Origin: Ramazzottius varieornatus
Taxonomy: Eukaryota; Animalia; Tardigrada
NCBI GenBank assembly: GCA_001949185.1
Contig: BDGG01000007.1
Span: 445,401-509,400, forward strand
DNA length: 64,000 bases
Direction: 5' to 3'
Part shown: positions 49,336-63,339 of the stretch, one piece after another
Layout: each line of letters begins with the position of its first letter
How positions within the stretch are numbered: position 1 is the stretch's first letter
Translations under genes and position numbers: made by a program
Notes under the pieces: generated by a model
What the model saw: the letters and a program-made list of their open reading frames with translations, nothing else
Database searches by the model: none
Told to the model about the DNA's origin: nothing

Positions 49336-49817
49336 TATGGTGAGCCGGGAGATTCAAAAGTCCACAGTACTTTCACCGCGGGTGCATGCGCGGAGAAACT
49401 CCATGCGCGGTGAAATACTTTTTCCGCGCATCCACCCACGGACGAGAGTTCCACCGCGGGTGTCCGCGCGGACAAGCGAGTTTTTCCGCGGGTACATGCG
49501 CGGTTTAANNNNNNNNNNNNNNNNNNNNNNNNNNNNNNNNNNNNNNNNNNNNNNNNNNCCCGCGGATAAAGATATTTCACCGAGCGTGCATGCGCGGATA
49601 AAGTCAGTTTACCCGCGCATTCATGCGCGGAGAATAAATTAAACCGCGCATGGATGCGCGGAAAAACTAGTTTCTCCGCGCGTACAGCCGCGGTGATACT
49701 CTCGTCATAGTCCGCGGGTGGATGCGCGGGAAAAGTATTTCACCGCGCATGCAGTTTCTCCGCGCATGCACCCGCGGTAAAAGTACTGTGGACTTTCGAA
49801 TCGCCCGGCTCACCATA
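49336..49817. mobile_element. MITE with ~110-bp TIRs, ccgcg-rich interior, 6-bp TSD (spans an assembly gap)
   Basis: tatggtgagccgggagattcaaaagtccacagtact... / ...agtactgtggactttcgaatcgcccggctcaccata; gttatg flanks both ends. Confidence 0.8.
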
Positions 49818-50033
49818 GTTATGTCAAGGCCGTGCTGACCAACGGTCACCCAAAGGTATAAAGCTAGTAAGTAAGAGCATTTCCCGAATTGCAATGCTGG
49901 CATATTGTTCAGTTGATTGTTTGATGCAGGAGCAGGCTCATCTCACGGCTCTCGCCTCAGTTCTTACCAATCCTAAATATCGGATTCTCTTCGGGCTAAA
50001 AGAGATCCTTGGATCACCTAACTTTTCATTGTG

Positions 50034-50833
50034 ATGGGCGATGAGGACATAGCCTTGAGGAAGAAGGCGAAGAAGGACAAGAAGCGTTCTCGCAAAGGAA
50101 GCAAGAAAGCCAGTTCGGACCGACGGTAATTTTATTTTTACGATTTCGTTCTTCTTTCCATCATTCTCATGAATGTTGCATTCCAGATCGTCTTCGACGT
50201 CAAGTAGTAGCTCAGAAGATTCCAGAAGAAGGTGTAAAGAAAAGAAAAAGTTGAAGAAAGCGAAGAAGAAAGACAAGAAGAAAGCGAAGGAAGCGCAGCG
50301 AGAGGAGCAATCTGCAGCTGTAGCCAATGGAGGCTCAACCGGAAGCGATCTCCTACCTGTGGAAGAAGCTGGACCTAGCGTAACGTTAGCAGAAGCTCCG
50401 GTAAAACCGAAGGGACCGATGACGAAAGAACAGTGGGAAGCACAACGGAATACACTTCGTCGTGTACTTGATGCTGAAACTGGTCGCATGAGGTAATATT
50501 TTTACGATTTTACTATTTTACAAGTAGCATTTTACGATAATTCCGTTTTGTTATCCAGCACTCCGCACTCGTGACCACGCGTGCTCTTGCGTCCATTAAT
50601 CTTTTTTTTGCGTTCCTCTGGTAGGCTTGTCCGAGGTGATGGAGAAATCGTAGAGGAGATCGTAAGCCGTGAGCAGCATATAGCCATCAATAAGGTACAA
50701 TGACTGCATCTCTCGATGAAGCTCATGGAAGAGTGGTTCCGCTTTCGGCTGATCGTTATGTCTTTCACAGGCTGCAACCAAGGCAGATGGAGCTTATTTC
50801 GAAACAGTTCTCGGGATGAAAAGGCATAAGTAA
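50034..50833 (+). CDS. ARL6IP4: ADP-ribosylation factor-like protein 6-interacting protein 4 (SR-25 family)
   Basis: Lys/Ser-rich N-terminus; conserved PMTKEQWEAQRNTLRRVLDAETGRMR|LVRGDGEIVEEIVSREQHIAINK|AATKADG across 4 exons. Confidence 0.9.
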
Positions 50834-51265
50834 TTCGTCAGGCTTCGTACGTTGTTGCATTATCGGTTGTGTCTTCTAGCACACTGTTTTCGAGACGGGA
50901 TCGATCTTTCCTGAATCATGATCGAAGCGCAGAAAACCTGCTCTTTTGAACGAAGAGTATTCTTTTTTTTGCCTGTGATACGCTGAGTACCATGGTGTTT
51001 TTTTTCTGTTGTATGTCCCGTGTGCTCTTCTATTCACATGTAAATATTCGAACTTTTGGGAGCGATGTAATGACAAGGAAGTACTGAAAATAAAGACGAA
51101 AATCTTAAAGACAATAATGACAATCGTCACGAAATCAGAGACCGCAGACTTTCTACTTTGGTCACTGTTAAGTTGCGTCCGTACAGAGGGTAACCGCTGA
51201 AATATCAAACCATCAGGGTATGTAACGAAGGACAAAGCATGCGAGTGATTTATAAAAACTAGTGC

Positions 51266-52345
51266 TTATCGTGAATCGCGAAGGACGATCTGGCGATCAG
51301 CGTTCTCCTCATAAGCCTCCAGTTTCTTTAACAGGAGATCAATCCGTTCCATTTCTTGGTGGATCCGGCCCACCAGGCCTTTCCTCACAGCTCGCACCTC
51401 AACGCGATCAGGCGGAAGCTCGACCGCATCTGTCTTCATGATGAGCTTCATGAAATGTTCGTTGAGCAGTTTCAGTTGCTTCTCCAGACTTTTAGCAGTC
51501 ACTGATTCGCTCTCAGAAGCATTGCCTCCGACTATCACCATTTCTATTTCCATGGCCTGCATCGAAACAGCGGACACCTCATCTTCAATACCGGACAGGG
51601 ACTTCTTGTGGGCCTGAAAGAACAGAAGAGGAATATCAGACTCCAGCGCATAACAAACCAGCAAATCAACAGGACTGACTGGGCCACGTGACACCCCTTC
51701 TACACTGCCAGTACCACGTGGCTGATGCTATACTACATATCCCACAACGAAATAGAATTCATGTGGAAGACGTCGCAGTTTACCAGCGATCAGTGTTAAG
51801 CACTGATTTTCCCTGCTCAACATCAAGACACAAGACTACACAGCACAACCATATTCAATCAACAATCTATAACGACATGCATGCTGTACCTCATCAGGAT
51901 CTGGTGGTTTCCTTCCCAGCATCATCATCTTGCTTCCTTCGCGAATTTTGAGATCAACTAGTACAGCATTGCCCGTCAGATGGGCTCCTCGATGGATTAG
52001 CGTCTGGTTTTCAGGAGGGACATTGGTCAAAGAGGCCAGGTGATTCTGAAGGTCGAGGACAGTCAGCTGCGTCTCCTCTTTGCTGGGCAAATCCTTAGCG
52101 ACGTCGATGTGGTACAGCACTGTCTTCCCACTGTTATTCAGACCGTACGCCACAGAGAAATGAGGGATTACAGGGAGCCTTGGTGGTTTGGTAGAAGACT
52201 TGGACGTAGTGGATCCCATCGTACCGTCTTCTCGATTCATTCCATCGTCTCCGTGGAAGAGATCAATGACGCTGTCAGCGAATCCTTCTACCTTGTCCGC
52301 AGCTTTGGCGACGAAACCCTCCAGAGATTTGCCCAACGCAGACAT
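51266..52345 (-). CDS. BAG1: BAG family molecular chaperone regulator 1 (ubiquitin-like + BAG domain)
   Basis: UBL domain (TVLDLQNHLASLTNVPPENQTLIHRG...GSKMMMLG) plus BAG domain (EHFMKLIMKTDAV...RAVRKGLVGRI); multi-exon. Confidence 0.85.
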
Positions 52346-53012
52346 TTATGTATATCAACATCCAATACAAGAACCACATGGGCTGTTCGAGACAAAATAC
52401 TGCTAGTGCCAGGAGCAAGAAAGCCTGAAGAAAGAAAGTCGTCGAGCAAGAGTGGAAATAAAATTCAAGTCGAAAAGTAATTTTGATTTTTGAAAGAACT
52501 GGGCCGAATCAGTCAATCAAACTCTGGAAGTTTCTAGAAGTTACAAATCAACTGTTGGATGACATGGTCACACATCTACAACGCGGGTCAAAGTCACACG
52601 ACAACGCAGGGTGGTAAGTACCAGCCACCAGTTGCACCGTTACACCGGCAAGCGGTTGCACAAGGTCCAAGTTTTCGATTTCCGGAACGCGGAACGGAGC
52701 AACTCCAGGTTTTGGCTCCCTCGTCCGGTCATGCACGGTAACTTACTGTAGGGGGGAATCGCCCTGCATTCTTACCGGTTGAAAGATTCGCCAGCAGCAT
52801 ACGACCAAGTTAAGTACGCACGTCTGTATAGTGTATACGCAACAGTTGGCAACTGTGGTACCTCACGGACGTAAAGCGTAAAAGTTTTCAAAGGTTATCT
52901 GTCCCTTACTCATTTATTTATTCTCGACTACGATGGCTTGAACAACAAAATACTGTAATATTCAAAACAGGTAAGCATTCGAAATTTACAACAATGTCGT
53001 GCACGAACAAGA

Positions 53013-56000
53013 TTACGGAGATTTCCTCTTATTCAGTTCAGCCAAGACCTCAGTCTTGCTCGCATCTGTCCATGCAATATTCGCTCGCACCCTATCCAGA
53101 GCCTTCTTGAAGGCATCCTGTTCGGGCTTTCCCACTCCGCGGTCTTCGTTCATTTTCTCAAGCTGCAAGAGAGACAATATCCATTCACGCGAGTCTGAGT
53201 GTTGCTGGACTAAACTTATTTCGGTTTTAGTAGTGCCAACCTCTTTCAGCCGTGTAGGGTCATTGAAAGCTGCCGTCACGTCCGCAATGATATTCGACCT
53301 ATAACAAATACCGTTTTCGCGCTGAAGCTGTCACAACTTTAGTCACAGTAGTTGCGAGCCGTGAACGGTCGATTACGGTACCTCCGCGCTAGTCTGTTCC
53401 AGTTTTCGTCCTTCTTGATAAATTCCCAGGCTTTGGTGGCACCGGCGTCCCATCGACTAATGTATGCGAAGATGGCGTTTTTGTCTTGGTCTCGAACAGT
53501 ACCATCTACCGATTTCTCCAGCAACCTAAGAGAAACTACCAATGGAAAACTGTTTTCAGTTTCGACATATTCATATTCGATCCGGTACGATGACACGGGA
53601 TATTCATGTTGACCTGTCAAGGAGTCCTTCATTCTTCGTACAGGCAAGTGCTCTTAATAGAGAAGATTTGGCGCCGGTCGTTGTCTCTCTGTTGTGCATG
53701 TCGTTTAAATCATTCCAGTCCGATTCTGCCCCCTCTCGGATACCGTAACACAAGATCATGTTTCTGGTTTGAGGGAAGTTCAATACCGGATGGGCGGCAT
53801 CATTGGCGGTTGTGTATCTGAAAAGACAAACTTGCTGGCGTCATAACACAAAGCAACTTTACGGCGGTGCATCTCAAGATCAGCCAGCCGACGGATATAG
53901 TCACTTCAAACGGCGACTGGCATTCTACGAATACTTACGGCGAGCTGAGCTGGGTCCCAGAAGTTCGCCAAGCCTTGAATCTTTCCTTCGTCTCAGTTAG
54001 ACATTGTGGATGCTCATAAAAGCAAGCATTCTCGATAACGGCATTGTCGAACAGCAAGGTGGTGTACTCTGACTCTCGGCCTTCAGCCCAGGTCTGAGTA
54101 CTCCACAAGCTGTTGCTTGCAGACGGATATAGTCCTCGGAACAATTTCTGCATGTAGGCAACGAGAGGCTGATACTCTGCCCAGACTCCCCGCAGCATCT
54201 GGTCGAGATAGCGGAGGTTATCCATAGCCGACGCAAAAGGACCGTATTTGCTTTCCTCCTTCAGATACTCTATCAGATCGAAGACGATCCCGTACGATAC
54301 ATCGTATCCACCGGCCCTGGGGTAAGAAACTTTGGCTGACCAGTTCTGCTCAGTAAGTGCACAAGTCGGGTATCGTACCTGGCCAAATTGAAAGCGTCGT
54401 CAATCAGTTGACCCCGGCTAACTTCGTTTATGCGGTCCCCCAAGCGCGTGGAAAGGAAACTGCTAATGCGTTTCCAGTTTACAGCGTCGTAATTAACGCG
54501 GAAAAACCCAATCTGTTGCACATTTGCGACGATGAAATTTTTTTCTGTATTCTCCTCGCTACTGCCAGGAGGCAGAGGCGGGAACATAAAATCCGGTGGA
54601 CAGTTGTTGGTTGAAAGATCCCCTGTTAAAACAACAGTCTCATGGCTCGTTGGTCAGGTGGCCGAGATGATCATCTGGTCATACGTGCCTTCCTTAGCTC
54701 TGATCCAACAAACTGTGTATTGTCCCGTTCCGTTCACCTCCCCAATGTTGTCCTTTACTCCTAAGGCTAGAGTCAGAGGAATGTGCCACAGGCGATTCAG
54801 ATCACCGTCTCTTTCCGCTCCCGTTCGCATGAGAAATCGCTCCTGTTTGAAGCGAATCTGTGACCCGTTAGTAGCAGCGTTCGGACCGGTGGCGTTGAGT
54901 CGCGTCAGCTTGATGACGGGATATCCGCTTTGCTCCACCCAACTGTTCAGTGCAGCGGTAAAGTCAGGAACGGTCCCGCCCTCGGGAACTGTCTCAGCGC
55001 TGAGATGTTTAAACAAATCTTGGTGAACCACATTCTTCATCCTATACTCAGCCACGTATTTCTTCAGAGCCGAATAGAACGCCTCTCTTCCCATTATTCC
55101 TTTGATCATATGTAGTATCGAAGCCCCCTAGAGAGATTTCAATACACAAGAATTCCTTGTTATTAAAGCCGGTTAAACAACATGTCATTAAAAGAGGCGC
55201 TGAGTGCGGAATGGCAGCGCGTACCTTGGCGTATGTAACGGTGTCGAACATCTTGTCGATGTCAGGTAAGGTGTTGACCGTCGGGTCGTACAGAGCATGG
55301 GAAACGCTGTAGGCATCCACCTGCATGGCTTCTCGTACCACCCAATAGGGGAACAGCGGACCCTGCAGCACAGAGCTCTTCAGACCAGAATATTCATACA
55401 AACGGAAGTTGTCCAGGGGATGTGCACCTACCAAGCCCCAGACTCTGCTACCTTCTGCACCGTTCATGATTTCGTATTGGAAGAACCTGGCAAAGCCTTC
55501 GTTGAGCCAAGTATCGTCCCACCATTTACAGGTTACCAGGTCGCCAAAGATCATGTGAGCCAGTTCGTGGCCGATAATGGCGGCACTGCCTCGCTTGACC
55601 TCTGCGGACGACACTCTTGGCTCGTACAACAGACTGGTTTCCCGATACAGGACCATCCCCCAGTTTTCCATGGCCCCTGCGTTGAAATCCGGTACTCCGG
55701 CTTGATCTGAAATACAGGCGGAAATCAGGTCAGCTGGACTGTATAGGAATGTCGTTGGTCTAGTGCAGCCTACCCATCTTTGTATGGTCGGCGTAGTATG
55801 GCTGGCCGAAACTGGCATCCAAGTATTCAAGGCTTTGTCTGCTTTGCGTCAACGGGAACCTGGCGTTATCGTGCTTCGTCAGCATATCTTCGATCGCGAA
55901 AATTCGATTCTGTTAAAAGCGTGCCAGATGTAAATACAAAGACATTTGCACAGAAAAAGTTTTCAACTGTGGCCTCATACTGGCTTTGCTGCAATTTCGT

Positions 56001-57007
56001 CATCCCGGCTTCCGAAATCGCTAATGAGAAATGCCACCAAATAAGCTGACATATTTGGCGATGTTCGGAATGGCTGGACAGTCCACTGTTTGCCGTCGAA
56101 TGTCTCGGACGACGAGGCATTGCGCTCCCCGTTACTTCTGGTGTTGTTGAACCGCGCATCGTGTCGTAATGTGACCTCAAAGGTACTGCGGAAGCCTGGT
56201 TCGTCAAAGCAAGGGAAAACGCGGCGTGCTTTGAACGCTTGGAACTGTGTGGTGGCTAGGTATCTATTATCGAGATAAGAAAACCTGTTATCCAATACCA
56301 CACCGAAGTACCACCAGCCAACGGTCATACGACTTTTAGGCTTGCGGTACCCACTTTTTGACACCGCTGCGTTCGAAGGAGCTGCGGTACAGCCCTTGGT
56401 TGTCATTCGCAATAGTCCCTTCAAAGTTCTCCACAACCAGGATATATTCCTGCCCTTGTACAAGTGGTTCTTGAGTTTCCACCACGAAGACATCCACGGT
56501 CCAGTGTTGGAAGTCCACGTTACTGATGGCCACACTGTCCGCTCCCCTCATCAGCTTGACATTGTCTCTCGTGAATGTTATTTTTCCCGAGCTGGCGGAC
56601 GCGCGAGTTCGAGCATGCAGAGTGATGTTCCTTGCGTCTGAAGTCATCGGCACCAGTCGGATGCGTACAGTGCCAACCGTCGTGAAGGCTTTTCCCATGC
56701 TTTCTTCGGTTTGATCAAAGGGCAGGTAGACTCGAAGATCCAGGCCGTAATTGATCGGCAAAATGTGCGTTGGCAGGCGAAGAAACGGCGTGTCGGGTGT
56801 GATCGGTTTGGTCGTTACATTGTTACCACCTGGTCCCGTTGATGGGACGGTAGTGTGCTTCCATAGTTCCGCAATTTCTTTCTCTTTCTCGGCCACTTCG
56901 CTTTTAGTTTGACCCCACAAAACGCCAAAAGCAATAACCATGCTCAGCAATGTGACAAAGAGAACCGCTACAACGATCTTCACAATCATGCCCGTCTTGG
57001 GCTCCAT
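53013..57007 (-). CDS. Aminopeptidase N-like M1 zinc metallopeptidase, type II membrane protein
   Basis: N-terminal signal-anchor; ATTQFQ..ARRVFPCFDEP; GAMENWG; HELAH followed by WLNEGFA; ERAP1-like C-terminal exons (FFRVNYD, RGQLIDDAFNLAR). Confidence 0.95.
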
Positions 57008-58904
57008 TTTGAAAAAATACCACTTCCTTATCCAGACTACAATATCCTACAAGGTACTGTGGTAAAGAGAGAAAAGGAGCGAACGAAGGGGAACGCGGAA
57101 GTGAAGGTCCGGGTTCTTCGGCAAGTTTATGAACTTGTTCGGGGCATTATAAGGTTTGCACCAGATAAGAAGCCTATTTATTCGGGATGGTTTATTGCCG
57201 TTTTATCAGGTGAGCTCTGTGGCGAGTAAATTTGCTTTACGTGGAGCATATGCTGTCCACCGTGATGCGAAGGATGATTAGGCCACCTTGGCATTGCAAC
57301 AATCTTCTGATACGATTATAGACATTACACGATGCTTTATGCAAGCATGCCGACCCTGATAACAACACCATGGCGGCTCGCACTTGAACCTACCTTGCAA
57401 CATATCAACGCAGGATTCCGACTTCATGATGGACTTTGACAAAAATTTCAAGAGTGAGATAGCAATGTAGAGTACCATGGATTAGTTAATTAGTTAACCA
57501 AGGGTCACCGAGATCCTCGGCGACCCTTGGACAACGACTGAGAAACGTATCTGACAGACCGGTGGCAGTGCAACCGTATCTCGAAAATACCCAAGGGGAC
57601 TCTGAATCGCAAACTCATCAGAGAAAGCTCGAGCTCCAGACAGCACGATCCTTTTCTCAGGATGATTCCCCGATTTTTTTCTGATTTTTCCAATTTTTTT
57701 ATTTTTTGCTGAATCATGGCTTTGTGTTTGATCAATCAAATTCGTACGATTCAACTGGCGAACACAGCTAGTTGGCTAACAAAGAATTGATTACTCTCAG
57801 GACCCTGCCGGTCGGACAATCGTACGACCGACAGGGTATGACGTAACTCGTGGTGTCTGCTGTACGATCGGCAGCCACGCGGCTGGGTAACTAGGTAGGA
57901 AGGTAGGAAGGTAGAGGTACAATGGTACAATCGCCAGGGTGGGTGGGTAGGTTGGTTGACCATTGATCTTGGTAGATTGACCACTAGTGGCTAACCGTTG
58001 GTCTTGCTGTCTTGACCACTGGTGGTTGACCATTAATCTTTCTAGGTTGAGCACTAGGGGCCGGCCATTGGTTTTGGTATGTTTGATCACCGATACTGGC
58101 CATGGGCATTGATAGGTCGACCGCCCAATCGCAGCTGATTTATTGGCCCGACCTTTCCGTCTATTGGTCAATGGGCGTGGTAACCGGTCTGGGCGGAGTC
58201 CACAGTTTACTGGAGTCGATAATTTGACTGAAAGACGCTTTTTACTACGTCAGATGTGAATGAACCTTGGTTCCCATTTTTTGATCTTTCCGCCATAGGC
58301 TCAGGCTTGCCATAGTTTCCCCAACTTAACGGCTTTAGAATGCCTGAACAGCTTTCTACGATGACTCAAGCGGTCTATGATTCATTCCAAAGCTTCGCTA
58401 GAAGGCCAGCCTTTTGGGCGGAGCTCTCGCAACTGTGCTGCGCCACTCGATCGTGACACCGGTCTTCTTCCCAAAGTGGCGCAGCACACCACTCATTGTA
58501 CCTGATAAACTACGCCGCTCTTGTGAAAAACCTAGTCAACATTTTCATTCTGTGTCATCGCTATTCTCCCTGGTTTTCAGCATGGAATTCATGTGAATGA
58601 GTCTTCAGTTTTGCAACGCGAAAATTGAATCGATTTTACTGTTCAGAAGGGCAATAACAGTTGACCAGTTCTCGGCAAACCTCGCAAACACAATAATTGC
58701 CAACGATCATTCTTTCTCTAAATTCCCGAACGAACAAACAGTGCAAAGTGCAGGTTCCGCGTGGTGCCGAAAATCCTTTGTTTACTCAAAGCAAAGAGCT
58801 GAGAACAGACAAAAGCAAAATAGTCGTGATGTAAAGTGTGAACAGAGCGGAATGGCTAATAATGTAAATAAAAAGCAGGTAGTCCTACCAGATTATCCAT
58901 CAGG

Positions 58905-61900
58905 TTATTTGCCTCGTCGCGAAGGCTCCGAAGCCGTGGGCGGAGGTGGCGGTCCCCGTCGAGCCAGCTCGTCCATGTACTCCAACAGGATATTCTTCCG
59001 GTCCTTGCTCAGCGGCTCGAGTGTCGAATACCGCTTATCCATCTATAAAAACAAGAATTATTCTCGTACTCACACACTCACACTTCCATCCAATACGAGA
59101 AGATCAGAACTGGGTAACGAACTCCCCCAGATCACTTTCCAAAGTGGCGCACTTTCTGTGATATGAGCATGAAACGTGCGCCACTTCGAAAACAATCTCA
59201 TCGGGCTCTCGTGAATGACGCATTCTTCCAGTGTTACTGCCTGACAGCGTGCGACATTTGAAAAACTAATCGGGTCGAGTTTGTGTTCTCAGCTACTTCC
59301 ACAACTTACCTTCAGAATTTCAATCAAATCTCTCATGACTTGGTCCGACTCTTCGGCCTTAGCTTTGGACTTGAAGTCCAGCATCTTCGTCTCTTTCAGC
59401 AAATCGCGGAAATCCAGCTTGGCCTTGTCGGTCTTGTCTCTCAAATACTTGTGAAATTCCTTCTCGCATTTCTGGAAAGAACAGCCACGATGAACCATCC
59501 ATAAAATTTGTACTTCATTCTCAAATCAAGAACATTTTTACCGATTCGCTCGAAGAGAACTTTGCATATCGTGGATCATCTCGAATCTTCTTTTTGGTTT
59601 CCTTCCACGAGGCGTCCAATGCCACCTACAATACCAGCGGGCCACAAATTAATAAACATCCACTGGGATGCACAGTAAGTTTGAAGGAAAAGATGCCCAC
59701 TTACATCGATCTCGTCGAGAAGGTCGCGATAGGCCTGTTTCTTCTTGGCGCTGAGCATGTCCAGATGCTCTTCGTAGATTTCCTCCTTTTGATGCTTACC
59801 CAATGGCTCGGCTAAATCATACCTGGAATCCTTCTTTAGAATCTTCCTTGCTTCCTTGTACGTCAGTTCCGTCGTCCGAACCTAAAAATAAAAACAACAA
59901 GTTTCAAAGAAATTCAATTGGCTCATGCGCGAGCATTATTTATTACAGAGACTGCGGAAACTTGTCAGGGATGACCGATCAGCATCAGGATCAAGAAGTT
60001 CATTCGAAACAAACCACAACGTTGGCACAGCATCGATGAATCACTTGCCAATGTTGTCGGTTTTTTGAATGGATTTCTTGATCCTGACGCCTCGTTCCTG
60101 ACAGGTTTCCGCAATCCCTCAAATGAATTTCCACCAATCCAGGAAAAGGATTGTGAACAGATTCAATAAAAGATTTCCGATCGAGTATCGACAGGAAAAT
60201 TTCTTACCAGGTCCACGAGAAGGGCTTTGTAGTGTTGGACAGCTTCGTCGAAACGGTGGTGTTCCCTTTCCTTATCTCTGTCCTTCGCCACGACGCTCAG
60301 CTCTTCTTGGACCTGTCGCTGACGTTCGCGCATACTGGCTTCCATCCTTTCCTGCTTCTCGCGTTCTTCCTTCCCCTTATCGTCTTCTACGTCCTTGTCC
60401 TCTTTCTCTTCTTCATCCTCATCACCATCAACGCCCTTCGACTTCTCTTCCTCATTGCCATCCTCTTCCTACAGAGACCACCATAATTCATTAGCCGGAA
60501 TTCACGAAGAGAATGTTGTAAGTTCCTAAACAAAGCGCAAAACATCGAAATCCCAAGTGGCGCAGATTGTCATTGTCACAGAGTGAGAGCGTGCGCCACT
60601 TCAAAAAAACACGAACTCGACGATGTGGATTTTTCTAGTGGCCCATGTTTTCACTAATCCTAGCTCAAGCGTGCGCCAGTTGAGTTATGATTATACGTTT
60701 GGTTTGCTGGTCTCGCATTTAACAACGAAACTCAGAGAAATACCTTTTCTTCCTTTTCGCGCTTTTTCGGTAGTGTCTTCACGAAATCTCGGAAGATTTC
60801 CTCCCGTTGGTTACTGCTTTCCACTCGTTCGTACCGCGGATCATCCCGCAGCTTCTTCTTGATATCACTCCAGTGGGACTTACGGTTGATGCCAGGGACT
60901 TCGCTCAACATCTCCATGAAATTGTCTTTGATCTGGAAAGAACACCACAGAAAAATCATAATAAATGATTCGGAGCATTCGAAAAATATTTAAAAAAATT
61001 CATTCGGCAAACTTTTACTTTTTCCTGTTCAGCGATACGCTTCTCGCGTTCTCGTCGTTTCAGCTCATGGGTGAAATCGTCGAAGAGCTGCTCGCGATCT
61101 TTCATCCGTTCGATGTTACGGTATCGTTCGTCTTTTCCATACTTGGCCGAGAAGTCGGTGAAAGACGACCTATTGAAACAATTTCCATTTGTCATTTTGG
61201 TAAAGATGAGCCTACGAGGAAGAGGAACGTACTTGGATGTGAGGTTTGCTTCGTTGAGAAGGTTCTTGAAGGCTTCCTTGATTTCAACCATTTTCTTCTT
61301 CTTTTCTTCGCGTTCCTGTTCGGCTCGTTCGCGGGTGTATTCGTCAAAAACATCGCGTCTATCCTTCGAAGTCAAGAGTAAGTAACGGCTATCAAAGACT
61401 ATCTTATGCAGTTCTTTCTCCCACGTACTGAACGCCGAAACCTACAAACAAAAACAATCGTGAGGAATAAAATGTTATCCAGAGTTTCGATCGAATATTC
61501 TTACGTCTCGTTCAGCCAAGAGTTCCTTGAAGCGCTTGGTTCTTTCCGACAGCGGAATGGACTCCCTTTCCTTGGCCGCTTTCAGTTCGGCTTCCATGGC
61601 AGGATCCGTCTTGGCTTTCGGTTGTGCGGCAAAGCGCTGACTGGCCGCTTTGGCGTTTGGAGTGGTGTTATTCTCCTTCGTTCTCGAACTCTGACTACCT
61701 TCTCCGTCCGACTCCACACTACTTCTCGAAGCTCCATCCTCCACTTCCATCCTACAAAATAACATGAAACAATCACCAACCGATATGATGAATCAGACCA
61801 GGAAAATATAACTCAAAACCGATGGAAAAAAAGGAACCAGTTCATCATGCACCTGCACACACCAGAGCCACGCTACTGCCCGAGTGACCGTATGCAGGGG

Positions 61901-63339
61901 CGTGAAAGAGCCCCGAACTGAACTATAAATGGACAAAATTCGATGGAGTTTTGCTTACTTGAGTCTTTTCGCCGTATTTCCTTCAACAGCGTCGTTGCCT
62001 TCGCGCTTGACTCCACTGGTGCCGCCTGCACCGTTCTGGCCGTTTTCTGCAGGCTCAGTCTTGATTTCTTCCTTAAGTGCTACAGCGACCTCTTCCGGTA
62101 CTTGAGCCAGAATGTCGTCCACTTCCTGCATACCCACCAGTTCCGCCGGCTTCTTCCACACCGACGCCTTGGTCGAAGGATTGTGGAAGAATGACTTCTT
62201 ATCGCTCGTCCACACAACACACCTGCAAAAGAAGCCATAAGCTGACAAGTTCCCAAACTTGAAAACAACAAACAAAAAAATCGGTTTTATTCTGTATTCG
62301 TTTCTTCCCGTTAATGCCAGCTTACCAAGGTGTTCCGGGAATCTGCTTGGTAGCGACTGGTTTCGTCGCAGCGTCCTTCTTAGCCTCACCTGCTTTCGAG
62401 TCCGTTTTCGCTGACGCGTTTGCTTCGAGTTTCTTCCTCTCTACAGAACGAAAACAATTGTCTTCTTCGTCGACTTCCCCCTAGAGAAAGCGTACAAAAT
62501 CCAAGGACTTACGTTCGTACTCGGCAACTTCCGGTGGTTTCTCAAAGACTGTCTTGCCCAATTTGCTGTTGTACCAGGAGCTGGCACCCGATCCATTCGG
62601 GTATTCCGTCCAGTCTGCGGGCTATATTATCCAAAACCATCCTTACTGCCATGAAGGAAACTAACCTGAACAGAAACACTTACGTCACTTCGCGCAACAA
62701 TCGGAGGCATCATACCAGGCGGTGGCATGAACGGCGAAAAGGGAGGAAAGCCCATACCTGGTGGCACACCTGTAACAAGAACACAATGTTAGAACATCCC
62801 AGTCAAGGCCGTTCCGAGATGGGTCTCAGTTACCAAACATGGCTGGGGGCATCATGCCTGGCATGGGCATCCCGTGTGGGCCCTGCATGGGCATCATACC
62901 CGGCATTGGCATTTGCATAGGCATGGGCATCGGTTGTTGTTGCTGCATGGGCACTGGGTGAGGCTGCTGCGACATAGACAGTGTTGGTACAGCGCCTTGA
63001 TTGATTGAAGAAGGAGCTCCAAGCTGATACTGACTCGCTGCCTGCGCTTGACCCATCGCGTTCTGCGCTGCCCCGGCTTGTCCCCCTGCGTCTCCTCCAG
63101 CAGTAACAGTTGCTCCTGGAGGCTTCATGAGCTGCGCTCCGGGTGGCAGCGTCCAAGCAGTCGCCCGCGTAACGGCGTGGTAGTAATACACCTAGAAACA
63201 TGAGCCCGGTCAATACTTGACAAGATCAGAGACGAACACGAAATACCTTTCCGTCCGGTGCTTTTGCTTCCATCCATACTTCTGGCTGAGCTGCAGGAAT
63301 CACTTGTGGTGGTGGAACGGCTGTAAACGGCGCAGCCAT
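58905..63339 (-). CDS. TCERG1: Transcription elongation regulator 1 (CA150; WW + FF domains)
   Basis: WW domains (VWMEAKAPDGK|VYYYHAVTRATAW; IPGTPW|CVVWTSDKKSFFHNP), a Pro/Met/Gln-rich region, FF repeats (SAFSTWEKELHKIVFDSRY) and C-terminal RRGPPPPPTASEPSRR. Confidence 0.95.

Noticed and set aside
57880-58100. ggttgacca / ggtag low-complexity repeats
   Set aside because: Degenerate, with no definable unit or boundaries.
58597-59166. 189-aa plus-strand ORF
   Set aside because: Antisense to the last TCERG1 exon and 3' UTR; shadow ORF.
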